A stretch of 64,000 bases of DNA, taken from contig JAIXRI010000001.1 in assembly GCA_027485305.1 (NCBI GenBank), positions 12,231-76,230 of the forward strand, written 5' to 3'. Origin of the DNA: Methylophilaceae bacterium (GTDB taxonomy: Bacteria; Pseudomonadota; Gammaproteobacteria; Burkholderiales; Methylophilaceae). The notes below the pieces were generated by a model. The model saw nothing but the letters and a program-made list of their open reading frames with translations, had not been told where the DNA came from and made no database searches. The position numbers and the translations under genes are program-made. Of this stretch, positions 19,992 to 30,143 are shown one piece after another. The stretch's first letter is position 1. Every line of letters begins with the position of its first letter.

Positions 19992-22093
19992 GTAGCAACA
20001 ATTTATTAGTCGAATTATTTGTCGAAGAACTACCGCCTAAAGTGCTTAAAAAGCTAGGCGAGTCATTCGCTAGCTCAGTATTAGAAAGCTTAAAAGTTCA
20101 AGCCTTGACGGCAGAAGACAGCCTGACAACAGCCTTCGCTTCACCTCGCCGTTTAGCGGTTCACATTACATCAGTGTCATCGCAAGCTGAAGACAAAGCC
20201 GTTTCTCAAAAGTTAATGCCTGTCAGCGTTGGCTTGGATTCGAATGGCAACGCAACCCCTGCATTAGTAAAAAAACTCAACGCATTGGGCGCTGACGAAT
20301 CTGCCGTTGCAAACCTAAAGCGCGAGAACGACGGCAAGGCAGATATCTTGTTTTATGATGCATTGGTTAAAGGCGCTTCGCTTGCTGAGGCGCTACAAAA
20401 AGCGGTCGAAGAGGGATTGAGCAAATTACCGATTCCTAAAGTCATGACTTACCAATTGAGCGATGGCTGGGAGAGCGTCAACTTTGTGCGCCCAGCACAT
20501 AGCTTAGTGGCTTTGCATGGCAACACAGTGGTACCTGTTAGCGTACTTGGCTTGCAGTCTGGCAACAGCACACAAGGCCACCGCTTTGAGGCAAGCATTT
20601 CACCAGTCGTAATTAAAGATGCTGATAGCTACGAAGCGCAAATGCAAAACGACGGCGCAGTCATCCCTAGCTTTGATGCACGTCGCGCTGAAATTGTTCG
20701 CCAATTAACTGCAGCAGCGCAAAAGCAAAACCTTAAACCGATCGAAGATGATGCATTGCTTGACGAGGTGACGGCATTAGTTGAGCGTCCTAATGTGTTG
20801 CTTGGCCAATTCGAAACCGAGTTCTTAGAAGTGCCGCAAGAATGTTTGATTTTGACCATGAAGGCGAATCAAAAATACTTCCCATTGCTCGATGCTAACG
20901 ACAAGCTTACCAATAAATTCTTAATCGTTTCTAACATCAGCCCGGCTGATCCATTCAAGGTAGTAGATGGCAATGAACGTGTTGTTAGACCGCGTTTGGC
21001 TGATGCTAAATTCTTCTTTGACCAAGACCGTAGAAAGACCTTGGCTTCAAGATTGAGCGGTTTAGAGAAAGTGGTTTATCACAACAAGCTAGGCACACAA
21101 GCAGAGCGCTCAAAACGCGTCAGCGATCTAGCCAAGGCGATTGCAAGTAAGATTGGCGATGCCAACTTAGCATCTAAAGCAGAGTACGCAGCACAGCTTT
21201 CAAAGGTCGACTTGATGACCGACATGGTAGGTGAGTTCCCTGAGTTGCAAGGCATCATGGGCCGTTATTACGCGCAACATGAAAAACTCGATAACGACAT
21301 TGCTTTTGCAATTGAAGATCACTACAAACCACGTTTTGCGGGTGATGAATTGCCACGCAACCAAGTGGGTGTGGCGGTAGCGCTTGCAGATAAATTAGAA
21401 ACGTTGGTTGGTTTATTTAGCATCGGCGAAAAGCCAACAGGCGATAAAGACCCATTTGCGCTGCGTCGCCAGGCTTTGGGCATTATTCGCATGCTGATTG
21501 AATGTACGCTGAATATTTCATTTGAAACAATCATCGAGCTAGCACTTCAGCAATTCAAAGTGGAAGACAAAGCTGGCGTTTTAGCGGCCATCACTGAATT
21601 CTGCTTTGACCGCCTCAGCGTCAATTTACGTGAACAAGGCGCAAGTGCCCAAGAGGTAGAGGCCGTGTTGGCCCTCAATCCAAGCTTGCTGAGCGAGATT
21701 CCAAAACGCTTAGAAGCTGTGCGCGCATTCTCAAGCTTGGACGAAGCGCCAGCGCTTGCTGCAGCCAACAAACGTGTAGGTAATATTTTGAAGAAAATTG
21801 AAGGTGTTGTTGAAGAAAAAATTAACGACGCGCTACTTCAAGAGCCTGCTGAAAAAGCCTTGGCAAGTACGCTCGCTAAAATCAAACCAGAAGCAGATGC
21901 GCTTTTTGAAAGCGGCGACTATACCAACTCACTCAAAGCGTTAGCTGCGCTCAAAGCGCCTGTAGATGACTTCTTTGACAACGTGATGGTGAACGCTGAC
22001 GATCCTTCGCTGAAAGCCAACCGACAAGGCTTGCTCGCCATGCTCCATCAAGCCATGAACCGAGTGGCTGACTTATCTAAGCTGGCAGCATAA
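19988..22093 (+). CDS. glyS: Glycine--tRNA ligase beta subunit GlyS
   Basis: 701 aa. N-terminus [13 protein letters not shown] and a C-terminal anticodon-binding region. Overlaps glyQ by 4 nt. Confidence 0.95.
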   Translation: MSSNNLLVELFVEELPPKVLKKLGESFASSVLESLKVQALTAEDSLTTAFASPRRLAVHITSVSSQAEDKAVSQKLMPVSVGLDSNGNATPALVKKLNALGADESAVANLKRENDGKADILFYDALVKGASLAEALQKAVEEGLSKLPIPKVMTYQLSDGWESVNFVRPAHSLVALHGNTVVPVSVLGLQSGNSTQGHRFEASISPVVIKDADSYEAQMQNDGAVIPSFDARRAEIVRQLTAAAQKQNLKPIEDDALLDEVTALVERPNVLLGQFETEFLEVPQECLILTMKANQKYFPLLDANDKLTNKFLIVSNISPADPFKVVDGNERVVRPRLADAKFFFDQDRRKTLASRLSGLEKVVYHNKLGTQAERSKRVSDLAKAIASKIGDANLASKAEYAAQLSKVDLMTDMVGEFPELQGIMGRYYAQHEKLDNDIAFAIEDHYKPRFAGDELPRNQVGVAVALADKLETLVGLFSIGEKPTGDKDPFALRRQALGIIRMLIECTLNISFETIIELALQQFKVEDKAGVLAAITEFCFDRLSVNLREQGASAQEVEAVLALNPSLLSEIPKRLEAVRAFSSLDEAPALAAANKRVGNILKKIEGVVEEKINDALLQEPAEKALASTLAKIKPEADALFESGDYTNSLKALAALKAPVDDFFDNVMVNADDPSLKANRQGLLAMLHQAMNRVADLSKLAA

Positions 22094-22095
22094 GC

Positions 22096-22629
22096 ATGAA
22101 GCTCGTTGTGCTAGACAGAGATGGCGTGATTAACTTTGATTCCGTCCACTTCATCAAAAGCACCAACGAGTGGATTCCAATCCCTGGGAGTTTAGAAGCC
22201 ATTGCTCTACTCAACCAAAGCGGCTACCGCGTAGCGATTGCGACTAACCAATCGGGCATTAGCCGTGGCCTTTTCGACATGGTGACGCTCAACGCAATCC
22301 ACGACAAAATGCACAGAGCATTAGGCCAACTTGGTGGCAGAGTCGATGCCATGTTTTATTGCCCGCATTCAGCGGATGACCACTGCGCTTGTCGCAAACC
22401 AAAACCAGGCATGATGGAAGAAATTGGCAGACGTTTTAGCCAAGATATGAAAGGCGTGCCAATGGTGGGTGACGCTTTACGTGACCTACAAGCGGGCGCA
22501 GTGCTTGGCATGCAACCAATGTTGGTTCGCACAGGCAAAGGTGAGGAAACACTAGCTGCTGGCGGCTTACCTGAAGGCACGTTGATTTTCGCTGATTTAG
22601 CCGCAGCGGTTCAACACATTATTTCTTAG
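22096..22629 (+). CDS. gmhB: D-glycero-beta-D-manno-heptose-1,7-bisphosphate 7-phosphatase GmhB
   Basis: HAD motif LDRDGVIN and the zinc-binding C-x-H-x(n)-C-x-C pattern (CPHSADDHCACRKP). 177 aa. Confidence 0.9.
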   Translation: MKLVVLDRDGVINFDSVHFIKSTNEWIPIPGSLEAIALLNQSGYRVAIATNQSGISRGLFDMVTLNAIHDKMHRALGQLGGRVDAMFYCPHSADDHCACRKPKPGMMEEIGRRFSQDMKGVPMVGDALRDLQAGAVLGMQPMLVRTGKGEETLAAGGLPEGTLIFADLAAAVQHIIS

Positions 22630-22648
22630 AGACTTGAGACTTAACAAG

Positions 22649-23359
22649 ATGAGATTAATACGCTCGATATTGTTTAATCTAGGAATGCTTGCCATCACGC
22701 CGGTATTCTCAGTCTTGGCTATTCTGCTATTTCCGCTTCCTGCAGTTCTGCATTCACGCATCGTTAGTAGCTGGGCTTATCTGGCCATGTTTTGGCTTAA
22801 ACTTACTTGCGACCTAAGCTTCCGTGTCATCGGCAAAGAAAACATCCCCAATCACTCTTGCATCGTTTTGGCAAAGCACCAATCGGCTTGGGAAACCATC
22901 GCATTCCAAACCATTTTTCCACCGCAAATTTGGGTGATGAAGCGCAGTCTTTTATGGATTCCATTTTTAGGTTGGGCGTTCGCAGCACTTCGAGCGATTG
23001 CGATTGACCGTGCGGCGGGCCGTGAAGCGCTTAAACAAATGGTTGATCAAGGCATGGATAGACTTGCTAAAGGCCTGTGGGTCGTCATCTTCCCAGAAGG
23101 CACACGCATAGCGCCAGGCAAAAAAGGCAAATACCATATCGGCGGTGCTTGGCTAGCCACGCATACCAAAGCCACTGTTGTTCCGGTTGCGCACAATGCC
23201 GGTGATTTTTGGCGTAAAAATTCATTCCTAAAAACACCAGGCATCATTACCGTGAGCATCGGCAAGCCGATTGAAACAGCGGGTTTGAAACCTGATGCAC
23301 TCAATCAAATGGTGGAAGAATGGATTGAAAGCGAAATGCAACTTTTAAGAAGTCGCTAA
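22649..23359 (+). CDS. plsC: 1-acyl-sn-glycerol-3-phosphate acyltransferase PlsC
   Basis: Acyltransferase motifs HQSAWE and FPEGTR. ATG at 22649; the track start at 22634 is TTG. Confidence 0.88.
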   Translation: MRLIRSILFNLGMLAITPVFSVLAILLFPLPAVLHSRIVSSWAYLAMFWLKLTCDLSFRVIGKENIPNHSCIVLAKHQSAWETIAFQTIFPPQIWVMKRSLLWIPFLGWAFAALRAIAIDRAAGREALKQMVDQGMDRLAKGLWVVIFPEGTRIAPGKKGKYHIGGAWLATHTKATVVPVAHNAGDFWRKNSFLKTPGIITVSIGKPIETAGLKPDALNQMVEEWIESEMQLLRSR

Positions 23360-23360
23360 G

Positions 23361-24071
23361 ATGACACAGTTCCATTTGCCAATTCCCAATGGCGAACCAA
23401 TTCCATACCACCTAGAGCGTCGCGTGCGCAAAACCGTTGGTCTAAAAATCAATCACAATGGCTTAATCGTCCACGCACCAACGCGGCTTTCTCAAAAAGA
23501 GCTAGAGCGCATGTTGCTCAGCAAAGCGGATTGGATAGTGAAAAAATTACAAGGCCAACAAGAAAACCAACTAGAAAAATTCATTTGGGAAGATGGCGCA
23601 TCAATGCTTTTACTAGGCAACACCATTGAACTATCTGTGCGCCTAGACTCAGTTAGCCGGGTCTTGGAATATGAGCCAGGCCGAATTTCTGTTGCACTGC
23701 CCACACCCAACAACCAAACTAGCATCGCCAGAAAAGTGCTGCTATGGTACAAAAAACAAGCGCAGACTGACTTCACAAGACGTATTGAATTGCTTGCAGC
23801 AAAGCTTGGTGTAGAGACGCCACCACTCTTTTTAAGCAGTGCACGTTCACGCTGGGGAAGTTGTAATAGTCGTGGCGAAGTAAGGCTGAACTGGCGTTTA
23901 TTACAAGCCCCGCCCCACATCATTAATTACGTGGTGGCGCATGAGTTAGCGCACCTTAAAGAAATGAACCACTCAGCTAAATTTTGGGCAACTGTGGGGC
24001 GTATTTACCCAGAGTACAAAACTGCAGAAAAAGAGCTCAAAGCTTGGTCGGCCAAACTTCACCGTATCTGA
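23361..24071 (+). CDS. M48/DUF45 family metal-dependent hydrolase (YgjP-like)
   Basis: HELAHL zincin motif near the C-terminus, with WGSC... upstream, as in YgjP-type proteins. Confidence 0.8.
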   Translation: MTQFHLPIPNGEPIPYHLERRVRKTVGLKINHNGLIVHAPTRLSQKELERMLLSKADWIVKKLQGQQENQLEKFIWEDGASMLLLGNTIELSVRLDSVSRVLEYEPGRISVALPTPNNQTSIARKVLLWYKKQAQTDFTRRIELLAAKLGVETPPLFLSSARSRWGSCNSRGEVRLNWRLLQAPPHIINYVVAHELAHLKEMNHSAKFWATVGRIYPEYKTAEKELKAWSAKLHRI

Positions 24072-24240
24072 GCATAGGCTATCAGTGAGAAACTGAGACA
24101 CAATTAACTAATCAAGTTAATGAAAATCATGAGTGCTTATTCATGAACACTGATAGCGTGACTTTTTATACTGAGCGTAATATTCATTTACGCGATGCAA
24201 TGACTGCATAGCGAACTAAACAAATACTTGGAGAATTATT

Positions 24241-24312
24241 ATGTGGACAAAACCAGCAGCTACAGAAATGCGTTTCGGCTTTGAAGTAACAATGTACGTA
24301 ATGAACAAATAA
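24241..24312 (+). CDS. pqqA: Coenzyme PQQ precursor peptide PqqA (orphan copy)
   Basis: The 23-aa [26 protein letters not shown] closely matches the proteobacterial PqqA pattern MWTKPA.T..R.GFEVTMY, with the cross-linked Glu and Tyr in E-x-x-x-Y. GGAG lies 7 nt upstream and a strong terminator follows. It is too short for the ORF track. Confidence 0.85.
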   Translation: MWTKPAATEMRFGFEVTMYVMNK

Positions 24313-24333
24313 TTCTTTTAAAGAATTTTTGTT

Positions 24334-24364
24334 TAAAAAAAGACAGCCTAGGCTGTCTTTTTTA
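24334..24364. terminator. Bidirectional intrinsic terminator shared by pqqA (+) and ccoI (-)
   Basis: Perfect palindrome AGACAGCCTAGGCTGTCT (24341-24358), flanked by an A run (left) and a T run (right). Confidence 0.85.
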
Positions 24365-24375
24365 TTGGGCGAGAC

Positions 24376-26820
24376 TCACTTCAATCGAAGCGCATTCAGC
24401 ACCACAATAAGAGAACTCACTGACATCCCAATCGCCGCCATCCAAGGACTCAGCAAACCAGCTGCCGCAAAAGGCAATGCAACTACGTTATATGCAATCG
24501 CCCAGATAAAGTTTTGTTTAATCACGCTGATGCCAAAACGGCTGGTAAAAAGCGCATGATCAATTTCGAGCAGGTGTTCGGTAAGCAAGACCACATCACC
24601 TGTTGCGCGTGCCATTTGGGTGCCACTTCCCATCGCCATAGAAACTTGCGCCGCTGCTAGTACTGGCGCATCGTTAATGCCATCACCCACCATTGCCACT
24701 ACTGCACCTTCGGATTGAAGGGCATGAATATGCGCTAATTTATCCTCTGGCGAGCAGGCCGCTGTCCAATCCCCTACACCAACTAATTTGGCAAAATGTG
24801 AAACCGACGCTACTGAATCGCCACTCAGAATTGAAACCTGCAAGCCTTGCTGTTTTAATTTTTGGATCAGTGCTTGAGACTCTGGACGCGCTTGGTCTGC
24901 CAATACAAAAGTTGCAAGCAGGCGCGTTTCATCACTAAGCCAAACAACAGTGGCGCCAAGTAAATAATCTTGTGCTAAATCACCCGAAAAAGTCTGATTC
25001 AACTTGGCATTGCCCAAACGCAATTTAAGCCCCGCTACGATACCTTCAACTCCCTGACCTGGGATATTCTTAACTTCCGTCGCAAATTGCACTGGGCGAT
25101 TTCCCTGTGCGTTTAAGAAGGCTTTTGCAAGCGCATGCTCTGAATTTTTTTCTAAACTTGCTGCCAATTGCAAACAGGCCTCTTCATCAAGGTCCGCATG
25201 GGTGATGGTATTCACTAAACTTAACTGCCCTAGCGTGAGCGTGCCGGTTTTATCAAATACAAAATGCGTGACCTTGGCCAAGGTTTCTAAAGCATGGCCA
25301 CGTGTTAACAATACGCCACGCGCAACCAAGTGTGATCCAGCCGCTGCAAAGGCTGCTGGTGCCGCAAGTGACAAGGCACAAGGACAGCTCACTACTAATA
25401 CCGTCAGCACAATTTCCAAAATACGGTCTGGCTGAATTTGCCACCAAACTAAAGCTACCAAGGCAACCGTCACTAGCAAAGCTGTCGTAAAGTAAGCGGC
25501 AACACGATCAGCCGTTTCTGCAAGTTTTGGTTTCTCGGCCTGCGCCCTATCTAGCAAACGAGAAATGCCTGCCAACATGGTGTTTTCAGCAATCGCGGTC
25601 ACTTGGATAGTCAGCGGGCTTTCATAATTAATACTGCCAGCAAAGACTTGGGCGCCTAAAGATTTGGGTAGTGGACGACTTTCGCCGGTAAGCAGGGACT
25701 CGTCCACACTACTTTCACCCGTCACCACCAGGCCATCGGCCGCAATTGTTTCGCCTGGCTTTGCTAGAATGACGTCACCTAATTTTAATTCCATCACAGG
25801 CATTAAAATCTGTATTTCGCCATCGACTTTTGTCGCCATCACAGGCGCGAGTCGCAATAGATTCTCTGAGGACTCGATAGACTTTTCGCGGGCATTACGT
25901 TCGAGATAGCGCGTGCCCAGCAAGAAGAATACCAACATGGTGAGTGTGTCAAAATACACCACGCCCTGCCCCTGCACGGTGGCCCAGACACTTCCCACAA
26001 AACCTGTTATCAAGCCTAAGGTAATTGGCACATCCATGCCAATTCGACGGTGACGAATACTTCGCCAAGCAGCCACATAGAAGGGCCATGCGGCGTAAGT
26101 AATCGCAGGAATGGTTAAAACAAAGCTGAACCAGCGCAACAATTGCGCCGTTGCAAATTCTAAGCCTTGGGCAGGGCCTGCATACAAAGCCACGGCAATC
26201 ATCATCACCTGACCAGCACTCAAGCCTGCAACAGCAAGCCTTCTAAAATCAGACTTACGTTGTTGCTGACGTAGAGCATCTTGTTGCTGGGCACTAAAAG
26301 GATGGGCGTGATAGCCGATTTTATTGATCTCAGCCAAGATCTGACTGAGCTTGATTTGATTGTCGTTCCAGCGAACACGCGCACGTTGTGAACCGTAATT
26401 CACATTCACACTTTGTACGCCAGCCAACTGACTTAAATGGCGTTCATTCAGCCAAACACAAGCAGCACAGGTAATGCCTTCAAGAATCAGTGAGGCCTCT
26501 TTGTAGTCGCCTTCGCCATCGAGCACAAAGCTTTTTTGAACTTCAGGATGGTCGTAAAGCGCAAGCTGAAGCAGCACATCGGGCACGAGATCTTCAGCGG
26601 TTTTAGGAAGCTCAGTACGGTGTTTGTAATAGTCCTCCAGACCATTTTCAACAATTGATGTTGCAACCGCTTGGCAACCCCTACAGCACATGGGCTGGGC
26701 TTGCCCAAAAATACTGGCTGAAAAATTGATACCTGCGGGGACAATTAAGCCACAGTGAAAGCAGAGGGCTTTGTCTGGCGTTGGTTTGTATTGCGTTTGA
26801 GCTTGCCCAATGGTGTGCAT
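24376..26820 (-). CDS. ccoI: Copper-translocating P1B-type ATPase CcoI/FixI
   Basis: N-terminal Cys motifs (CFHCGL, CCRGC), HMA domain GITCAACV, CPC (SCPCAL), DKTGT, GDGINDAP. Start taken at ATG 26820 (MHTIGQ...), 10 nt after the ccoH stop. The track start at 26877 would overlap ccoH by 47 nt. Confidence 0.9.
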   Translation of the reverse strand: MHTIGQAQTQYKPTPDKALCFHCGLIVPAGINFSASIFGQAQPMCCRGCQAVATSIVENGLEDYYKHRTELPKTAEDLVPDVLLQLALYDHPEVQKSFVLDGEGDYKEASLILEGITCAACVWLNERHLSQLAGVQSVNVNYGSQRARVRWNDNQIKLSQILAEINKIGYHAHPFSAQQQDALRQQQRKSDFRRLAVAGLSAGQVMMIAVALYAGPAQGLEFATAQLLRWFSFVLTIPAITYAAWPFYVAAWRSIRHRRIGMDVPITLGLITGFVGSVWATVQGQGVVYFDTLTMLVFFLLGTRYLERNAREKSIESSENLLRLAPVMATKVDGEIQILMPVMELKLGDVILAKPGETIAADGLVVTGESSVDESLLTGESRPLPKSLGAQVFAGSINYESPLTIQVTAIAENTMLAGISRLLDRAQAEKPKLAETADRVAAYFTTALLVTVALVALVWWQIQPDRILEIVLTVLVVSCPCALSLAAPAAFAAAGSHLVARGVLLTRGHALETLAKVTHFVFDKTGTLTLGQLSLVNTITHADLDEEACLQLAASLEKNSEHALAKAFLNAQGNRPVQFATEVKNIPGQGVEGIVAGLKLRLGNAKLNQTFSGDLAQDYLLGATVVWLSDETRLLATFVLADQARPESQALIQKLKQQGLQVSILSGDSVASVSHFAKLVGVGDWTAACSPEDKLAHIHALQSEGAVVAMVGDGINDAPVLAAAQVSMAMGSGTQMARATGDVVLLTEHLLEIDHALFTSRFGISVIKQNFIWAIAYNVVALPFAAAGLLSPWMAAIGMSVSSLIVVLNALRLK

Positions 26821-26830
26821 AAAGCTAAAA

Positions 26831-27625
26831 CTACTGCCCGACAGTAATTGACTGCTTAAGCGTGTAGTGCGCTTCACCTTTCAGAATTTCTAAGTCACTC
26901 AGCCACAAGCCTTCATCAGACAAACGAAGCATTGCATGATATTCACCTGGCTTGGTTTCAGAAAATCGTATTGTTTGATCATCAGCACTGTTTGCCAGAC
27001 GCCAGAACTCGATAGTAATTGTCGCCGCAACAATCGGCTGATGCTCTTTGTCGCTCAATTTAATCACAATATTGGATGCAAGATTGTTTTTGAGAAGATC
27101 TAATCCTTGTACCTCAACATTCCAACCCAGATTTTTTTGTTGCTCAACATCTTGCACATGAGCCTCATAAAGTTTATTTCTATCATGCGGAATCACACCT
27201 GGAAAACCGGTGTGAACTTGACGATTTTCTGGATTTGGTAAAATAAAACGGGTTAGTAGATCAGGTAGGCCACGCGTGGCGACTGATAAGAATATGGCAT
27301 TAAGCAACAACAGCCCCATGAAAAATCCAATAATCCCCCTGGGAGCCCAGTGCATACTTTCTTTTTTCTTTTGCATGCCGCCAAATACAATCAGTAAGCC
27401 TGCATTAGCAATATAAACAGCAAAGTGAATGGTAAGAACATCACCACCAGGCCAGTGGCTAGTGCTGTAAGCGAGATAAGCAATGAACGGCAGAAGCCCA
27501 CTTAAAATGCCCGCCCAAAAATTGGATAGCCCAGCTTTGCGGACCCCAAAGAATATAACGGCTCCAACAACTAGCCCTCCAAATAAGGTTTCTGTCATGC
27601 TTAATTCATTTGCAAATATTGGCAT
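26831..27625 (-). CDS. ccoH: CcoH/FixH-domain cbb3 oxidase assembly protein with an N-terminal three-TM extension
   Basis: The C-terminal ~175 aa (from MHWAPRG...) has the FixH layout: a TM followed by a periplasmic beta-rich domain. The first 89 aa add three predicted TM helices. The ATG overlaps the ccoG stop (TAATG). Confidence 0.8.
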   Translation of the reverse strand: MPIFANELSMTETLFGGLVVGAVIFFGVRKAGLSNFWAGILSGLLPFIAYLAYSTSHWPGGDVLTIHFAVYIANAGLLIVFGGMQKKKESMHWAPRGIIGFFMGLLLLNAIFLSVATRGLPDLLTRFILPNPENRQVHTGFPGVIPHDRNKLYEAHVQDVEQQKNLGWNVEVQGLDLLKNNLASNIVIKLSDKEHQPIVAATITIEFWRLANSADDQTIRFSETKPGEYHAMLRLSDEGLWLSDLEILKGEAHYTLKQSITVGQ

Positions 27626-29052
27626 TAATCGCGCTCTCTTGGACTGTTAAAATTGGTTTCAACTTTTATTACTTCGCCGGTGGATGCGCGAGTAATCAAA
27701 AAGTTAAACTTATTAATCTTTGATGCATCTTCGGCAGATAGATTCACTGTAGCGTTCATATTTAAGCCTTTACCCGCTTTAATCGAGACCTGTTTGAAAA
27801 AGTGCATATCCAGCGATCTTGGCGAAATCCCCTCTACATCAATCACATAAATTTCATCTACTTCTTTTTTGTTTACAATATGAATCACATAGCGATTTCT
27901 AAAACTACCATCTGACAACATGACATAAAGAGGCTGACGAACTTGCTGAATACTGACTTCAGTAGTGGTGCGAGTGCCAATGTTATAAAACAACAAAGCC
28001 GTCATTGATAAAATTGCTAAAGCATAACCGAGAACTTTAAAGCGTTTCCACATCACTTTAGGCTGGCTCGGAACCTCACTCTTGAGATTATTTTCGGAGT
28101 CATACCGAATCAAGCCACGTGGATAACCAACTGAATCCATAATGCTGTCGCAAGCATCGATGCAGAGTCCACACGAAATACATTGATATTGCAGACCATT
28201 TCGAATATCGATGCCAGTTGGACAGACTTGAACACAGAAGCCACAATCAATGCAGTCACCATGACCAGCTTTAGTTCGATCCTCATGTGTTTTTAAACCT
28301 TGAATAGGAATAGTGCGGCCTTTTAATCCCTCACCACGCTTTGCATCGTAAGTAACAGCCAAAGTATCAGCCTCATACATTACCCCCTGAAAGCGGGCAT
28401 ATGGACAGGCAAACAAACAAATTTGTTCACGCGCGATTCCTGCTGCAATGTAAGTAGAAATTGTGAGTACCAACACGGCAAAGTAGCCGCCTGATGCTGC
28501 AGTACCACTAAAAAAGTCTTGGACAAATAAAGGTGCATAGCTGAAATAACAAACAAATGTCACAGCTGTCCAGAATGAAATCAATATCATCAAGGCATGT
28601 GAGAGCCCTATTTTAAAAACCTTCTCAAGATTCCATACTTGGTTTTTGAGACGCAATCTTGCAGGACGCTCGCCTTGAATCAAATGCTCAATTTGAATGA
28701 ACAAGTCAGACCAAAGGGTTTGGAAACAGAAGTAGCCACACCAGGCACGCCCTATAAGTCCAGTAACAAAAAATAATAATGCTGCGGCAATAAAGAGCAA
28801 CATTGCCAACCAAAAAATATCCTGCGGATAAACAATTAGATCGAAAATGAAAAAACGTCGGGATGTCAGGTCAAACAAAATTGCCTGACTCGCAGCGCTC
28901 ACCCGCTGCCACGGCATCCATGGCAATAAAAAATATACAGCGTAAGCCAGCACCATGACCGCAGTCTTGAATCTACGAAATTGACCCTTGACCGAACGAG
29001 TCACAATCGGAATCTGTTTTTGATAGCTTGATTTTACAACCTGATCTAACAT
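27625..29052 (-). CDS. ccoG: cbb3 oxidase accessory 4Fe-4S protein CcoG/FixG
   Basis: Polytopic N-terminus, two ferredoxin motifs (CIDCGFCVQVCP, CISCGLCIDAC), and a C-terminal IPT-like domain. Confidence 0.92.
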   Translation of the reverse strand: MLDQVVKSSYQKQIPIVTRSVKGQFRRFKTAVMVLAYAVYFLLPWMPWQRVSAASQAILFDLTSRRFFIFDLIVYPQDIFWLAMLLFIAAALLFFVTGLIGRAWCGYFCFQTLWSDLFIQIEHLIQGERPARLRLKNQVWNLEKVFKIGLSHALMILISFWTAVTFVCYFSYAPLFVQDFFSGTAASGGYFAVLVLTISTYIAAGIAREQICLFACPYARFQGVMYEADTLAVTYDAKRGEGLKGRTIPIQGLKTHEDRTKAGHGDCIDCGFCVQVCPTGIDIRNGLQYQCISCGLCIDACDSIMDSVGYPRGLIRYDSENNLKSEVPSQPKVMWKRFKVLGYALAILSMTALLFYNIGTRTTTEVSIQQVRQPLYVMLSDGSFRNRYVIHIVNKKEVDEIYVIDVEGISPRSLDMHFFKQVSIKAGKGLNMNATVNLSAEDASKINKFNFLITRASTGEVIKVETNFNSPRERD

Positions 29053-29068
29053 TATTTTCTTTCAAACA

Positions 29069-29100
29069 ATAAAGGCTCGCAATTGCTTGCAAGCCTTTAT
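29069..29100 (-). terminator. Intra-cluster hairpin between ccoP and ccoG (possible partial terminator or mRNA stabiliser)
   Basis: Stem of about 14 bp, ATAAAGGCTCGCAA / TTGCAAGCCTTTAT, with one mismatch and loop TTGC. Only a weak T tract follows on the minus strand. Confidence 0.35.
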
Positions 29101-29188
29101 ATGTTAACTGCAATCTAGTGTGAGCTTGTTTCTAATGTTTTCTTCAAACGAATACTTTACATCATGCGCCTTTATTTCAAGCCGTAAA

Positions 29189-30130
29189 CTACTTACCACC
29201 GCCTAAACTATCATGGACGTAAACTGTTAAAAGTTTGATTTGTTCTGGCTTCAAACGAGTGCTCCATAGTGGCATTACCCCTTTGTTCATCCCATCGTAA
29301 ATCAAGGTTTTCACTTCCGTTAGTTTTGCTTCCGGCGTTTTGGCACCTAACACATCCGGCCACAACCAAATTTTATCAGTTAAGTTTGCAGAACCTATCG
29401 CTGGATTTCCTTTTGCATCTGCGCCATGACATGCATAACAACCTGCTTTATCCCCGTGAAAAATTGCATCACCTAGTTTAGCAGCATCAGCATTATGTGG
29501 CTCACCAGACAAACTCAACACATAACTACTTACCTGCGTTAACTCTTCATCATTAAGAATAGCTTTAAAGGATGGCATCATGCCATTACGTCCACCAATA
29601 ATGGTTGTTTGAATATTTTCATATGCGCCGCCATACTGCCAATGATCATCTGTTAAGTTAGGTGAAAACTTAACTTTACCTTGACCGCCAGCTTGGTGAC
29701 ATGGCACGCAGTTAGTAGCAAACAGCGTTTTACCTGCTGAGTTTACAAACTGCATGAGCTCTGGATCCTTCGCAACTTCCTCAAAAGACTTAGAAGCAAC
29801 TTTGTCAAAATACTGCTTTTGCTCTGCCTGCAACTCGTTCATTTCAACCATTAACTTAGAACGCATGTTCCAGTGGGTGGTCTTAGTTTCTTGCGTACCG
29901 TCAACTTTAGTGGCTACATAAGTCACATTATTTAAGCCTGCAACTCCTTTAGTATAGGAACTTCCAACAGGCCATGCTGGATAAAATAACCAATATACGA
30001 TCGCAAAAGCAAAAGTAACGTAAAAGCCCCATATCCACCAACGCGGTAATGGATTATCTAGTTCTTCTAAGTCATCGTCCCAAACGTGACCAGTGGTCTG
30101 AGGTGTTACTTTTTTGTTGTCCTGACTCAT
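29189..30130 (-). CDS. ccoP: cbb3-type cytochrome c oxidase subunit III (dihaem c) CcoP
   Basis: N-terminal TM with the WW.W motif, and two haem c sites (CVPCH, CYACH). Confidence 0.95.
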   Translation of the reverse strand: MSQDNKKVTPQTTGHVWDDDLEELDNPLPRWWIWGFYVTFAFAIVYWLFYPAWPVGSSYTKGVAGLNNVTYVATKVDGTQETKTTHWNMRSKLMVEMNELQAEQKQYFDKVASKSFEEVAKDPELMQFVNSAGKTLFATNCVPCHQAGGQGKVKFSPNLTDDHWQYGGAYENIQTTIIGGRNGMMPSFKAILNDEELTQVSSYVLSLSGEPHNADAAKLGDAIFHGDKAGCYACHGADAKGNPAIGSANLTDKIWLWPDVLGAKTPEAKLTEVKTLIYDGMNKGVMPLWSTRLKPEQIKLLTVYVHDSLGGGK

Positions 30131-30143
30131 GATGTTTCCTTAC

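Noticed and set aside
24329-24559. 76-aa plus-strand ORF starting in the pqqA/ccoI terminator.
   Set aside because: It begins within the terminator hairpin and runs antisense through the ccoI 3' end. It has no RBS and its composition looks non-protein-like.
26821-26877. Longer ccoI N-terminus (track start at 26877).
   Set aside because: It would overlap the ccoH 3' end by 47 nt and add a non-conserved Ser/Leu-rich leader. The ATG at 26820 lies 10 nt after the ccoH stop and precedes the conserved Cys motifs.
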